A DNA stretch of 63,900 nucleotides, counting the filler, from Chiloscyllium plagiosum (Eukaryota): the NCBI RefSeq assembly GCF_004010195.1. It is 6 parts of one record of this genome, joined end to end, with 100 filler letters (N's around TTAATTAATTAA, not from the genome) between each part and the next. Parts side by side here need not be neighbours in the genome. Positions count along the whole stretch, not along the records: positions 24,389 to 33,974 come from NC_057710.1; positions 34,075 to 52,722 come from NC_057710.1; 4 more parts are not named here. One strand, given 5' to 3'. The notes below the pieces were generated by a model. The model ran no database searches. It saw nothing but the letters and a program-made list of their open reading frames with translations, and was not told the DNA's origin. This document shows positions 25,480-37,301 of the stretch, one piece after another. Both the position numbers and the translations under genes were made by a program. Position 1 is the first letter of the stretch. Every line of letters begins with the position of its first letter.

Positions 25480-26200
25480 GGAATGGAATTCAGGAAAAGG
25501 GACTGTGAGGAACTTGCATCGCTTGACATAAGAAATGGGGAGGTATGGGAGTTGAGACAGGAAATTGCGGGGGCTCTGACACAAATGTTTAATTCCCCCT
25601 TGGCCACAGGGGAAGTGCCAGAGGACTGGAGGACAGCTGTTATGGTTGAACTTTTTAAAAGGGATGATAGGGATGAACCAGGAGTCTCATACCGTGGGAG
25701 GGAAACTGCTGGAGGAAATTCTGAAGGAGCGAATTAAAATCCACTTGGAAAAGCAAGGGTTAATTAGGAATAGTCAGCATGGCTTTATCAGAGGAAGGTC
25801 ATGACTAACAAATTTGTTCGAATTTTTTTGGAAATACGATCAAGTGTGTGCATGAAGGATGTTCAGTTGATGTAGTTTATATGGATTTTAGCAAAGCTTT
25901 TGACAAGGTCCATCACAAGGCAACTTAGCAAGATGGTGTAGGGCATCCCTCCCACCCAACTCCTCTAATCTTACTAAACTGGCTTAGTAATGGATAGTGG
26001 TAGAAAACTATTCGAGAGACTGGAGGCTGGTGGCTAGTGGTGTAAAAAAGGGCACATTTGCTTTCATTAGTCGTGGCATAGAGTATAAGAGCAAGGAGGT
26101 AATGTTGGAGTTGTATAGACTGTTGGTCAGGCCACAATAGGACTACTGTGTGCAGTTCTGGTCACCTCACTATGGGAAAGATGTGATAGCACTAGAGGGG
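25480..26200 (+). mobile_element. Degenerate CR1 RT fragment
   Basis: ATGEVPEDWRTA, SQHGFIRGRS, YMDFSKAFDKV remnants. Confidence 0.75.
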
Positions 26201-26359
26201 TCTCTTTCTATGGTATACTGGCCCACTTGCTGTGCTGTAATGGGTCTCTGCAGCACTGTCTGTTTATCTGCCATTTACTCTGATCCTTCATATCCTGAAA
26301 TAACATATGGAAACCGGGTTTTGTGCTTGGTTTAACTGTGACCCTGTGTCTTTCCCTAG

Positions 26360-26465
26360 GTATATGATAATGAGGGAATGCTGGCACGCCATCCCATCAC
26401 AAAGACCAACATTCAAACAGTTAGTCGAAGATCTCGACAGGGTCCTGACAGTGACATCAACTGAG
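26360..26465 (+). CDS. FGFR3: FGFR3 exon (106 bp): [35 protein letters not shown]
   Basis: cctag|G TAT...GAG|gtcag. Confidence 0.97.
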
Positions 26466-28244
26466 GTCAGTCTTGGAATCACAAAATAAATCAGCAAAAG
26501 GAATTAGTGGTTAATTGAAACTAATTTAAAACAACTAATGGTACTTCAATATTTCAACATTGTTCAAGATGTATTTATTTATTTGATTCACCAATTTCTA
26601 TGCTGGTCCCTTTAAATATATCAGACTATGATTACAATGTTTGGTGCTGAATGCTGTTGGAGCAACAAACAAATCTTTGCCCAGTTGGTAAATGGATCTG
26701 GGATTGGCATATACACAGCAGCACATCTCAGTTCCTTACTCAGCACATCCCTCCTGGCATTCTGATCCACCCAGCTCCCTCTTCTGTCAGCAGAAACAAA
26801 CGAGAGGCATGAAATGCCCATCAGCCATGATTAAATGGCGGAGTGGACTTGATGGGCCAAATGGCCTTGCTTCCATTCTTATGGCTTACAGTCTTCTGGT
26901 CTGTCTAAGCTTTTATTTTCTTTCATCCTATGATCTGTATGTCCACGTTTACTATGATCTGTCTGTATTGCTCACAAACAAAGATTGTCACTGTGCTTCG
27001 GTACACATGACAATAAATAAATCAAATCAGCTGAGTCCAGTTACCCCAAGAAAGAACGGGCATCATGTCCAACTCCATTCTGGTCATCACACCCCAGCTG
27101 TACACCAGATAGACTCATTGAAACGTCAGTGCAGTGACTGTGCAGGAAACATGATAAAATCATTCGACAGATGAGTTCTCCTTAAAGCTACGTTGAACTT
27201 CAGATGACTAATGTTCCCTTTTAACTGGTGAACATCACTAGGCTCGTGACCTGCATTATTTTGGAAATCTTTATGTAAATAACAATATCCATAACTTAAC
27301 GGTATCGATCAAAGTTTTGCTCCAGCAAAATATGTGGCAGATACGTCAACCTGTAAAAAGACAATGATAGTTTGACATCTGACAGGGAACATTGATTGTC
27401 ACAGCCCTGTAGTCACAGCGGCAATCGGTTAAGCCCTCTCTTAATTCATAGCTAAAGTGTTCATACTCTTTTCCTCTTTTGAGCCACTGCGGGACTTGCC
27501 ACAGAGTTCCAGTATTTTGTAGGTTTGTTTAAAATGTCAGCTCACAGCCTCACCTTCAATACACTAAGCACATTGTTTGATGTAATTTGCAGTAAAAGAA
27601 TGCTTTAAATACTCACAAGGGCCACGCGACCTGGCTAACTTGATTTAGTACGCTGTTTAAACTCTTGTCAGGTAATAATTGAAAGTGATCGGCAGCACCA
27701 AACCTCCAGTGTGTGATTGTAAAAAGTTATCGCCAGGATTTATATAGCATCCCTCCTTCCCAATAACCTGTCCCAACCAGACAGTTAACCTTTGACCTGG
27801 GAAGCAGAGATGGGTTGCTGCTCTGAGTGCAGCTCTAAGTTGGTCAGGGTTTCAGTCTGATTTTGGTGCCTGGCAAGGACAGACTAGTGATCACATTCAC
27901 TGTAAACAGCACTGAATGAATAGCAATGTGATAAATGATCAGATTTTGTATTGGTGATGTTGCTCGATAGATAAATATTTGAGCAGAAGCAAATTCAAAA
28001 TAGTGCCTTGGAATCTTTGACATCATTTCCAAAAGGCACGCAGAGCCTCGATTTGATGTCTTCTCAAAAGGACAGCTCCTCCAATAGTACAGCAGTCCCT
28101 CCCAACTGCACTGTGCTGTCACTGCTTTTGCTTCTGGGTTTACAGTATTCTGACCCACTGAACCACTGCCAGCACCTCAACATAGGTGGGGAGACCAATG
28201 AGCAGTGTTCATTGTGATGTTTGATCTTTTCCTTTATATTTCAG

Positions 28245-28409
28245 GAGTACCTTGACCTGTCAGCACCTTTCGAGCAGTATTCGCCAGCATGCCAGGATAC
28301 TCACAGTACATGTTCCTCTGGAGATGACTCTGTTTTTGCCCATGATGCTTTGCCTGACGAACCTTGTCTTCCCAAGCACCAGCAGTGCAATGGTGTCATC
28401 AAGACATGA
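28245..28409 (+). CDS. FGFR3: FGFR3 terminal coding exon: [54 protein letters not shown]
   Basis: ttcag|GAG; YLDL PLC-gamma docking motif; APFEQYSP as in FGFR3; TGA stop. Confidence 0.96.
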   Translation, partial: EYLDLSAPFEQYSPACQDTHSTCSSGDDSVFAHDALPDEPCLPKHQQCNGVIKT

Positions 28410-30940
28410 GACTGATTTGGGACAAAAAGAAACAGGACTATAGGATGCTGAATCACGGACAATTCATACTGAAGGAAATACACTGAACCATCTGGGACTC
28501 CTGTCCCCACTTCCCATCATTTTTGAGCCTTACATCTTCAAATGCTGGATACATCTAAAACACAAAGTACTGCTCAGCATGAAGAAACCATTTTACTTTT
28601 GGAAAACAGAAATGAAATATTTTGCAAAAAAAAAACCCAGAGTTGATAAATCTTGACCTCTGGCATTATGACTGCTAATGGAACCATTCTGTGCCTAAGT
28701 TGAAAAGTGCGTGCTAAAGAAAGGAAAGTGAAACAAAAGACAATTATTTTTCTTTACAAAAGAGCATTTAAATACTTTTTATTTGAGTGAAGCTGCAGAT
28801 TCCAGAAGAGTTGTAAATATATAAATATGAATATTGTATGATAATGTTTTTAAAAAGACAGTTGTATACATATGATTTGCTTGTTTAGAAAAATCACAAA
28901 TTTCAACATGACTACAACTATGAGGAAGCAAATCCTAAAATCATTGCAGTCTAGGATACTCAGTATTAATCTGGAAATTATTAATGAAACACATTGTGTA
29001 GTGAGCAAGGGGTAAAATAGTTCAAAAACCTGATTAGCACATTGTATATTTGTAAAGTTGTTTATAGACTTTAACATATCATTTTGGTTAAGAGATTTAA
29101 GAGTATATAGCTTATTTACTAATTACTGTACACATCTATAGTTATCTAGGTTCTTAATTTTTGTTTTTACGTGTTTATAATTCTTAATTTATTACCCGTT
29201 TAAAATTGGTTAGACACAGAAGTAGATTATGGTTCATGAGGAAAAACCAATAGAATCAAATTTTCAGATGTCATGTAAAATGAGCATTATCAGTTTTTAT
29301 TTTAGATTGCAATGATTTTTTTTTCTGTTAGTTAGAAATTTGATCCTAGAAATGTACTGACTTTTCATAACAAATGAAGGTTTGTCCTTTGTGGCTGATT
29401 TTTGATTAAGACAGAACAGAGCTGGAGTGTTGGCTGTGAAAGACAGCCGTGTGGTGTGGATTTGGTGCTTTCCTGGCAGCTGCCCTGACACTGTTGGCCC
29501 TGTGAAAGAAAGCTGGCATTGCCACCCAGGACAGTCACAAATTTGTGTGAGGTGCTCACCCTCAATGTCCATTTGAGCTGAAGCACGGCGATAGATTTTG
29601 GTCTGCTAGAGCTAGAACTGTGTCTGGAGAGAACATTTTCAAGACTTATCACAAGTAGGATCAGGACCTAGTGTCTGTTGTGGCTGGGGCAATATGAAAT
29701 CACAAACCAAGCACAGCACGCAAAAGGAGTGCATTGCGCGACATTAAAACCGAATGATGTATATGTGATTTACATTTCTTTTCCCCACATCCCCCCAACC
29801 TGTCTTGGCCCCCATCGGGTAATGGTGCCAAAATATGATAAGTGACAGCACTGAATGTGCGAGTGTATGGAAGCGTTGTGCTGGCACTTTGCATTATTGT
29901 AACGAGAGGGTGCAATGATCGTGAATGTTCATAGCATGAGAAAACGAATTTCCAGTCAATCAATCTCTGATGTCAGTAGTATTTCGGTGACTTGTGAGTC
30001 ACTCCCTTCTCTTTATGCAGATCGTGCCACAAGCACAACTTACGTGGTGCAATTTAAATACAACGTGCAATTTTGCAGAGAATTCATTTGAGGTAAACCT
30101 TTTTTTAAATAAAAAAGAAAAATTACTAGAACAGATGGCTAAATAGGTAACTGGCAGTCACCTGAATAATAGGCTGAGAAAACATCTAACCCAGAATAAA
30201 GTTCTCTTTGATTCGAAGTAAGATTCTGCAGATGGAAAAATATTGAAGATTTTGGTGGGAATTCTATTAAAATTAATTAAAATTCAATTTACCTCCTTTA
30301 ACTTTTATTAGGACCGTGAAGCTCTTACTCTGTAGAACAACTAATTTACTAGATTGATCTTATCTGTTAACTCTTTGATACAAAGGTAGGAGTTCTATAG
30401 CTGTGTAATTTTTGTAAAATGAAAAGACACTTTGTTATTTTCTTACCAATCGCTGTTGTTGTACATTCCAGGTACCTAATGGATAAAAAAAACTTTTCCA
30501 ATATTTGAAATTTGTGCATGATTTACAAAAAAGAACTTAGATATATATCTAATTTATTGAGTTTTTTTTTTACAAAATATATGTATTGTAGCTTTGACTG
30601 AACTTAACATTTGATATCCAGTTCCCATTATGTAGGTGTAATAGTATCAAGCATTACTGGCAATAGATGAGATCCCTGATTTGTTTTGTGGTTAATTTGA
30701 ACCACTGCCTATAATTCATACATTCACACTCTTAGTAGACAGAGGTAAGCTCAAATAAAACTGTAAAATCTACGTTCAAACCTATTTGCCTGCCTGAAGC
30801 CTGTAAAAGGTCACAAGTGGTCATGTTGGAGTTTAAAAGAAACTAGCACTGAACAATATCTGTCTGCCTTTATGAAACTTTGTTATTAACATGGAACTGT
30901 TCCATTCCACAAAAATAAAAGGATATTGTTTTAAAATGCA
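28410..30940 (+). other. FGFR3: Probable FGFR3 3' UTR; AATAAA candidates near 30108, 30195, 30754 and 30914
   Basis: AT-rich stretch with no recognisable repeats after the stop; the true end is uncertain. Confidence 0.6.
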
Positions 30941-31764
30941 AGAGTTTCCATTCCTCATTCTTCATGGCCTTATAATTGGTGTGATTTATAATGGGTTGGA
31001 GTTTCCTGCCAAGGTAATATTGCTGACGAGTGTTATAAATTAAGCCATTGTAACTTCCAATTCTCCAGTGACAAAATGTATGCTGGAATTTACTGTGAAA
31101 AGGGTAGAACACACCACGATGAGGATAGCAGTGAAACAGAATCAGAACAGAGGAAAGAGGAAAACTCAGTTTCTCTCTTTGTCTACACAAAAGCCCAGAA
31201 TACAGATAATTTAGAAGAGAGCATTGTTTATTGGAAAATATTTCTCCACTGGCTAGCTGTTTGCAACCACCAGTGCTAAAATAGATGACCTTACAGGTAG
31301 AAACAAGTTAAAGTCAATTCAATTGGACTAATGGACTGAGTCTTGTGAACGTGGGCTTGGAGTCGAGCACATGTAGCAGCTGGGAAAGCCTGAATGTGTA
31401 GAGCTCCCCACTGTTATCCCTTCATCAGGTGTGGCCACCCACTCAAGGCAGGCTATCAATCCAAGTCTTTCACTGATCTGTCACACTGTCCTGAGTTGGA
31501 AAACAAGCACAGAGATGGACAGTTAGGAGGCTGTCTTGTTTAAAGTTGCTCCACTGGAAATATTGAATTCGAAGCCTCAACGCCCAATGGGGCATTCTGA
31601 TCCAAAGTATCTTGACTGTTTTCATAGTCCCTTCTTAACTTTGACCTAATTGCCCATACAGAAAATTCCAAGCCCAGAAATTCATTTTGGGAACATTACT
31701 CAGCCTTCAAAGTTGCATAAAACTAAATGCTAATGATACAGAAAGAAAAGTTACGCTCAGTCTT

Positions 31765-32700
31765 TTTTATTCAGTCACAAAATGTGAACTTTGCTGAATG
31801 GGCCAGCATTTATTGCCTGACCTAGTTGCCCTTGAGAAGTGGTGGTGAGCTGCCTTCCTGAACTGCTGCTGTCTATTTACTGTAGATAGATGCCCAATGC
31901 TATTAGGATGGAAGGTCGAGGATTGTGACCCAGCAACAGTGAAGGAACAGCAATATATTTCCAGGTCAGGATGGTGAGTGGCTCAGAGGGGAACTAGCAG
32001 GTGATGGTGTTCCCATGTATCTGTTGCCTTCGTCTTTCTAGATGGTAATGGTTGTGCGTTTGGAATGTACTGTTTCAGAAGCCTTTGGTGAGTTGTTACA
32101 GTGTAGTTAGTACACTGTAAACACTGTTGCTACTGTGCATCAGCAGTAGAGCAGATGAATGTTGGTTGATGGAGTGCCGGTCAAGTGGACTGCTTTGTCC
32201 TGGATGGTGTCAAAGTTCTTGAGTGTTATTGGAGGTGCACTCATCCAGGCAAGTAGAGAATATTCCATCACATTCTTGTAGGTGGTGGACAGGCTTTGGG
32301 GAGCCACAAAGTAGGTCATGTTGCAGTCTCTGCCCTTCTGTTGTAGCTCAGTATTTATATGATAGCTGAGGTCAATTTCTGGACAATGGTAACCAACAAA
32401 ATATTGATTGTTGAGGCTTTAGTAATGGTAATGCCACTGAATGTCAGGGGTGATGGTTAGATTCTCTCTTGTTGGGTTGGTCATTGCCTGGCAGTTGAGT
32501 GGAGCTAATGGTACTTGCCAATTGCCAGTGCAAACCTGGATATTGTCAAGTGGTTGCATTTTGATATAACTTGAGTATCTGAGGAGTCGCGAATGGTGCT
32601 GAACATTGTGCAGCCACTTGTGAACATCCACCTTATAATGTAGGGAAGGCCTTTGCTAAAGCAGCTGATGATGGTTGGGCCTAGGACACTACTCTGAGGT
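31765..32700 (-). mobile_element. Degenerate 3' part of a second CR1/L2-group LINE family
   Basis: Tail similar to 34430-34920 (+); inner part similar to 54240-54480. Confidence 0.7.
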
Positions 32701-33291
32701 ACTCTAGGGCTTTTGTGGTGTACTGGTGGTGTCCTGCTGCGCAGCCATGAAGCCTAGCTTCACGTCCCACTCATTCCAAACGTGTCATAACATCTCAGAA
32801 CATGTCGATTGAAAAAAATGTTAATTCTCCTGCTCCTCCACTGTTGCCTGACCTGCTGTGCTTTTTCCAGCACCACACTCTTGATTCAAACATATCCAGC
32901 CTAAGCAACTCCTGCAACAATGTTCTGTGGCTGAGCTAATTGCACTTCATTGATTGGGAGCTAATTCAGTTGTTAAAGGTGTATTAAGACCTACGCTCAG
33001 AAGCTGACTCGAATTTTCCATCAGCTTCTAAGTGTTCAGCGAAGGCCCTCTTGTAGCACAGTGGTAGCGTCCCTACCCTTGGACTGAGAGGCCTGGTGTC
33101 AAGGCCTACCTGCTCTAAAAGTGTGTAATAAAATTGATGAAAAGTGATCAATCCAGTTATTTAGAAAAATGTGTTAAATGGAAAGGAAGTTTTTTTAAAA
33201 AACTCTACTTGCGCAAAGGTGTTGAAGAATAGTGTGGCTGACAGCCGGCATCAGGCTGGAGACAGGACAAGCTGGAAGGAATGCTACAGAG

Positions 33292-33612
33292 CGGGAGGAA
33301 TGTTACACACAGTGAGGAATGTTACAGGCAGTGGGAGGAATGTTACAGGCAGTGGGAGGAATGTTACAGGCAATGGGAGGAATGTTACAGTCAGTGGGAG
33401 GAATGTTACACACAGTGGGAGCAATGTTACACACAGTGGGAGTAATGTTACAGGCAAAGGGAGGAATGTTACACACAGTGGGAGGAATGTTACATACAGC
33501 AGGGGGAATGTTACAGGCAGTGGGAGGAATGTTACAGGCAGTGGGAGGAATGTTATACACAGTGGGAGCAATGTTACAGGCAGTGGGAGGAATGTTACAC
33601 ACAGCAGGGGGA
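33292..33612. repeat. 21-bp minisatellite GGGAGGAATGTTACAGGCAGT, about 15 copies
   Basis: Direct periodicity, with ACAGGCAGT and ACACACAGT variants. Confidence 0.95.
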
Positions 33613-33974
33613 ATAGAACATAGAACATAGAACAATACAGCGCAGAACAGGCCCTTCGGCCCACGATGTTGTGCCAAACATTTGTCCTAGCTTAAGCACC
33701 CATCCATGTACCTATCCAATTGCCGCTTAAAGGTCACCAAAGATTCTGACTCTACCACTCCCACAGGCAGCGCATTCCATGCCCACACCACTCTCTGGGT
33801 AAAGAACCCACCCCTGACATCTCCCCTATACCTTCCACCCTTCACCTTAAATTTATGTCCAATTGTAACACTCTGTTGCACCCGAAGAAAAAGTTTCTGA
33901 CTGTCGACTCAATCTATTCCTCTGATCATCTCATAAACCTCTATCAAGTCACCCCTCATCCTTCACCGTTCCAA
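33613..33974 (-). mobile_element. CR1 3' end, near-identical to 13896-14258
   Basis: Shared ORF KFKVKGGRYRGDVRGGFFTQRVV...QLDRYMDGCLS. Confidence 0.9.
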
Positions 33975-34074
33975 NNNNNNNNNNNNNNNNNNNNNNNNNN
34001 NNNNNNNNNNNNNNNNNNTTAATTAATTAANNNNNNNNNNNNNNNNNNNNNNNNNNNNNNNNNNNNNNNNNNNN

Positions 34075-34420
34075 TAAGTAGGCAAAGTCTTTTCCCTGGG
34101 GTCGGGGAGTCCAGAACTTGAGGGCATAGGTTTAGGGTGAGAGGGGAAAGATATAAAAGAGATCTACGGGGCAACATTTTCACGCAGAGGGTGGTACGTG
34201 TATGGAATGAGCTGCCAGAGGATGTGGTGGAGGCTGGTACAATTGCAACATTTAAGAGGCATTTGGATGGGTATATGAATAGGAAGGGTTTGGAGGGATA
34301 TGGGCCGGGTGCTGGCAGGTGGGACTAGATTGAGTTGGGATGTCTGGTCAGCGTGGACGGGTTGGACCAAAGGGTCTGTTTCCATACTGTACATCTCTAT
34401 GACTCTAATGACTCTCTATG
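34075..34420 (+). mobile_element. CR1 3' end
   Basis: RGERYKRDLRGNIFTQRVVRVWNELPED...; tail CTCTATGACTCTA. Confidence 0.9.
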
Positions 34421-34429
34421 ACTGAGATG

Positions 34430-34920
34430 GAATACTCCTCATTTGCCTGGATGAGTGCAACTCCAACATTACTTGAGAAGCTTGACATCATCCAGGATAA
34501 AGCAGAATGCTTGATTGGCATTACATTTACATTCCCACCTCCACCATAATGCTCAGCACACCCTGCTGCTACTAACTACAAAATGCATTGCAGAAATTCA
34601 CCAAAGATGCTCAGACAACACCTCCCAAACTTATGACCACTTCCACCTAGAAGGACAATGGCAGCAGATACATGGAAACACCCACCAGTTGCTAGTTCCG
34701 CTCCAAGCCACCATCCTGACTTGGAAATATATCATCATCCCTTCGCTGTCACTGGGTCAAAATCCTGGAATTCCCTCCCTAAAGGCATTGTGCGTCTACC
34801 CACAACACATGGACTGTAGTTGTTCAAGCAGGCAGCTCACCACCAACTTCTCAAGGGGAAGCAGAGATGGGCAATAAAGGCTGGCCAGCCAGCAACACCC
34901 CCATCCCACAAATGAATTAA
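34430..34920 (+). mobile_element. LINE 3' end (second CR1/L2-group family)
   Basis: Ends GGGCAATAAAGGCTGGCCAGCCAGCAACACCCCCATCCCACAAATGAAT. Confidence 0.7.
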
Positions 34921-34929
34921 TTAAAGTAT

Positions 34930-36260
34930 AAGTAGGGATCATAAGTCTGTTAGATTCAAGATTATTATGGAAAAGGTTAAGGATGGGCCTGAAGTTGATT
35001 TTAATAAGGGCAGGTATGATTTAGCCAAAGTGAACTCGGAGTAGATACTTTTAGCAGTATTCAAGGAGGAAAGCAAGAGAGCAATAAAGACAAAGGATGG
35101 GACAAACAAATTCTGTGAATACGGATATCAAGGAATATACTGAATTGGATAAAAAGAGAAGGAGAGTACAGGAGGAGCTCTCCTTTTGTCTACCTTAATG
35201 ATTTCTTAAGAAGCATTACAGTAGATGGGTCCCCAGGACGTGATAGGATTTATCCCAGAATGCTGAGGGAGGCTGGTGAGGAAATTGCTGTGGCCTTGGA
35301 TGAAATCTTTGTATCCTTTTTAGTCACAGTAGAGATCCCAGAGGATTAGAGAACAGTCAACATTTCTCCTTTGTTTAAGAACACATGAGAGCACAGCACA
35401 GTTTTGGAAGGGCAACAAGGTTAGTCTGGGAAATAACAGTCTTGAGAGACTTACGTCAGTGGTAGCGACATTATTGGAGAAGATTATTAGGGTTAGGATT
35501 TCCTCATGAAACAATATGGACTTATTAGCAATAGGCAACATGTCTTTGTGCAGGGACGGTCATGTCTCAAATCGGATTCACTTTTTGTTTTGACTAGGAG
35601 GAAGTGAGGACTGCAGATACTGGTGATCAGGGTTGAAAGTGTGGCGCTGGAAAAGCACAGCAGGTCAGGCAGCATTCGAGGAGCAGGTCAGTTGACGTCT
35701 TCGTTGTAAGTTCTTCAGGAATGTCATTCCCATTCCTGATGATGAAGCACTTATGCATCAAACGTAGATTCTCCTGCACCTTGGATGCTGCCTGACCTGC
35801 TGGGCTTTTCCAGCGCCACACGTTTTCACTGAGTTCTTTGAGAAAGTGACAAAGATTATTGATTAGAGCACTGTGGTTTGTATAGACAATATCTACTTGA
35901 GCATAGCCTTTGACAAGGTCCCTCACAGCAGGCGGATGAAAAACACAAAGTCATATGGGTTCCACAGTGAGCTGGTAAGATGGATACAGAACTGACTTGG
36001 TCTTAGAAGACACAGAATAGTGATGGAAGGTTGGTTTTCAGATTGGAGTTCTGTGACCAGTGGTGCTCCACAATGATCAGTGATATGTACGCACATACAT
36101 GTGATTTGGAGCAGAATGCTGGTATCCTGATTAGACAGTTTGTGGGTGGACCCAAAGATTGCGGGGAGCTGCAGATAGGGAGGAAGATTGCCAGAGGATA
36201 CAGACAGGCTAGAGACTTGGGTAGCGAAATGGTAGATGGAATTTAATCCATCAAGATGGA
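34930..36260 (+). mobile_element. Degenerate CR1 ORF2 containing a fold-back Penelope-derived insert (~35596-35828)
   Basis: SPGRDRIYPRMLREA and AFDKVPH remnants; insert carries CAGCAGGTCAGGCAGCAT and its inverse ATGCTGCCTGACCTGCTG. Confidence 0.7.
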
Positions 36261-36830
36261 GGAGGCGGCAGGGTAGGAAATGTTCAGGCTCCCAGCCTAT
36301 CTGCTCCATTTCACATGACCGACAGCATCCTTTTTTTGATATTATTTTTCTTCATTTAACTTGAATCAAATTCATTTTTCTTTCATTCTGCGGCTAGTGG
36401 TGGAAAGAGGTTGCAGGGATTGTTGAGCAGTGGATCTGATCCATTCCTTGTGGCCATGGTGGTCATGGCTTGAGCAATCAATGAATTGAGGTCTGTTCTT
36501 TTCCTGATATTTTAGCAATGCGTGCAATTGCAGTGGAATGAATGATCTCTTGGTCCTTCGGGTTAACTTGGATGGTCAATTGGTCTTTGAGAGTTGGGAC
36601 AGATATCTGAAGTGGTGACAGCTGGCTCAGTGCGCTTCCTCCTTGTTGTTGCAGCTCCAGAGATAGCTTTTGTCAGAGACAATGTTCTGGGTTCGGTCAG
36701 CAGCTGCAGGGGCTGCTTCATTGTGCTTCCACCTTGGTGTTGCGTCTTCAGGGAGTGGTTTGGCAAATGCGGAGTCTGGTGGCATCCTGTAACCACTTAA
36801 GACATCAAGAATTCATGTATGGAACAAATA

Positions 36831-37301
36831 CAGAGAAACCTCGATTATCCGAACAAGACGGGCAGGCACTATTTCATTCGGATAATTGATTATTCGGTTA
36901 ATTGATTCAATGTCTCTCCTCTGGAGCTTGGAGTTTTCTGAAGTTTCTGTTTTCCTCGCTCTGCCTGCCTTGCTCACTCTCAGTGTTTCAGGGTATGTTT
37001 CTGAGCGCTTACATACACTTGTGTGTAAGGGACCTGCAGCATTGCTGAAGCCTCCCCGACCCCCAGTCAGTTCAATGGGATTGACACAGCAAGCACTTGC
37101 TAAGTCTGCTCCCTGTTCAGGGGACTATGCAGCAGCACACTGCATGCGAGCCTCCGCCCCCAACCCCCATCCGCTCTCCCCAACCCTGTCCATGCCCGCC
37201 CCATCCGCCACCACCCACTGTATGCACCCCCACCCAGACTGGACACCAACAGTAAAACTGCTGTTGCCTTTGGGGGGGGAGCACGGGGGGGAGAAATCTC
37301 A
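36831..37301 (+). mobile_element. pogo/Tigger-like non-autonomous transposon, right end missing
   Basis: TA|CAGAGAAACCTCGATTATCCGAAC; internal blocks match 49688-50680. Confidence 0.75.

Noticed and set aside
33171..33677. Mucin-like ORFs with repeated NVT sequons
   Set aside because: They are translations of a 21-bp minisatellite, open on both strands, with no splice or signal evidence.
36320..36800. Possible NELFA exon or other coding remnant on the minus strand
   Set aside because: No match to NELFA peptides I know and the frames are interrupted; probably an old repeat fragment I cannot classify.
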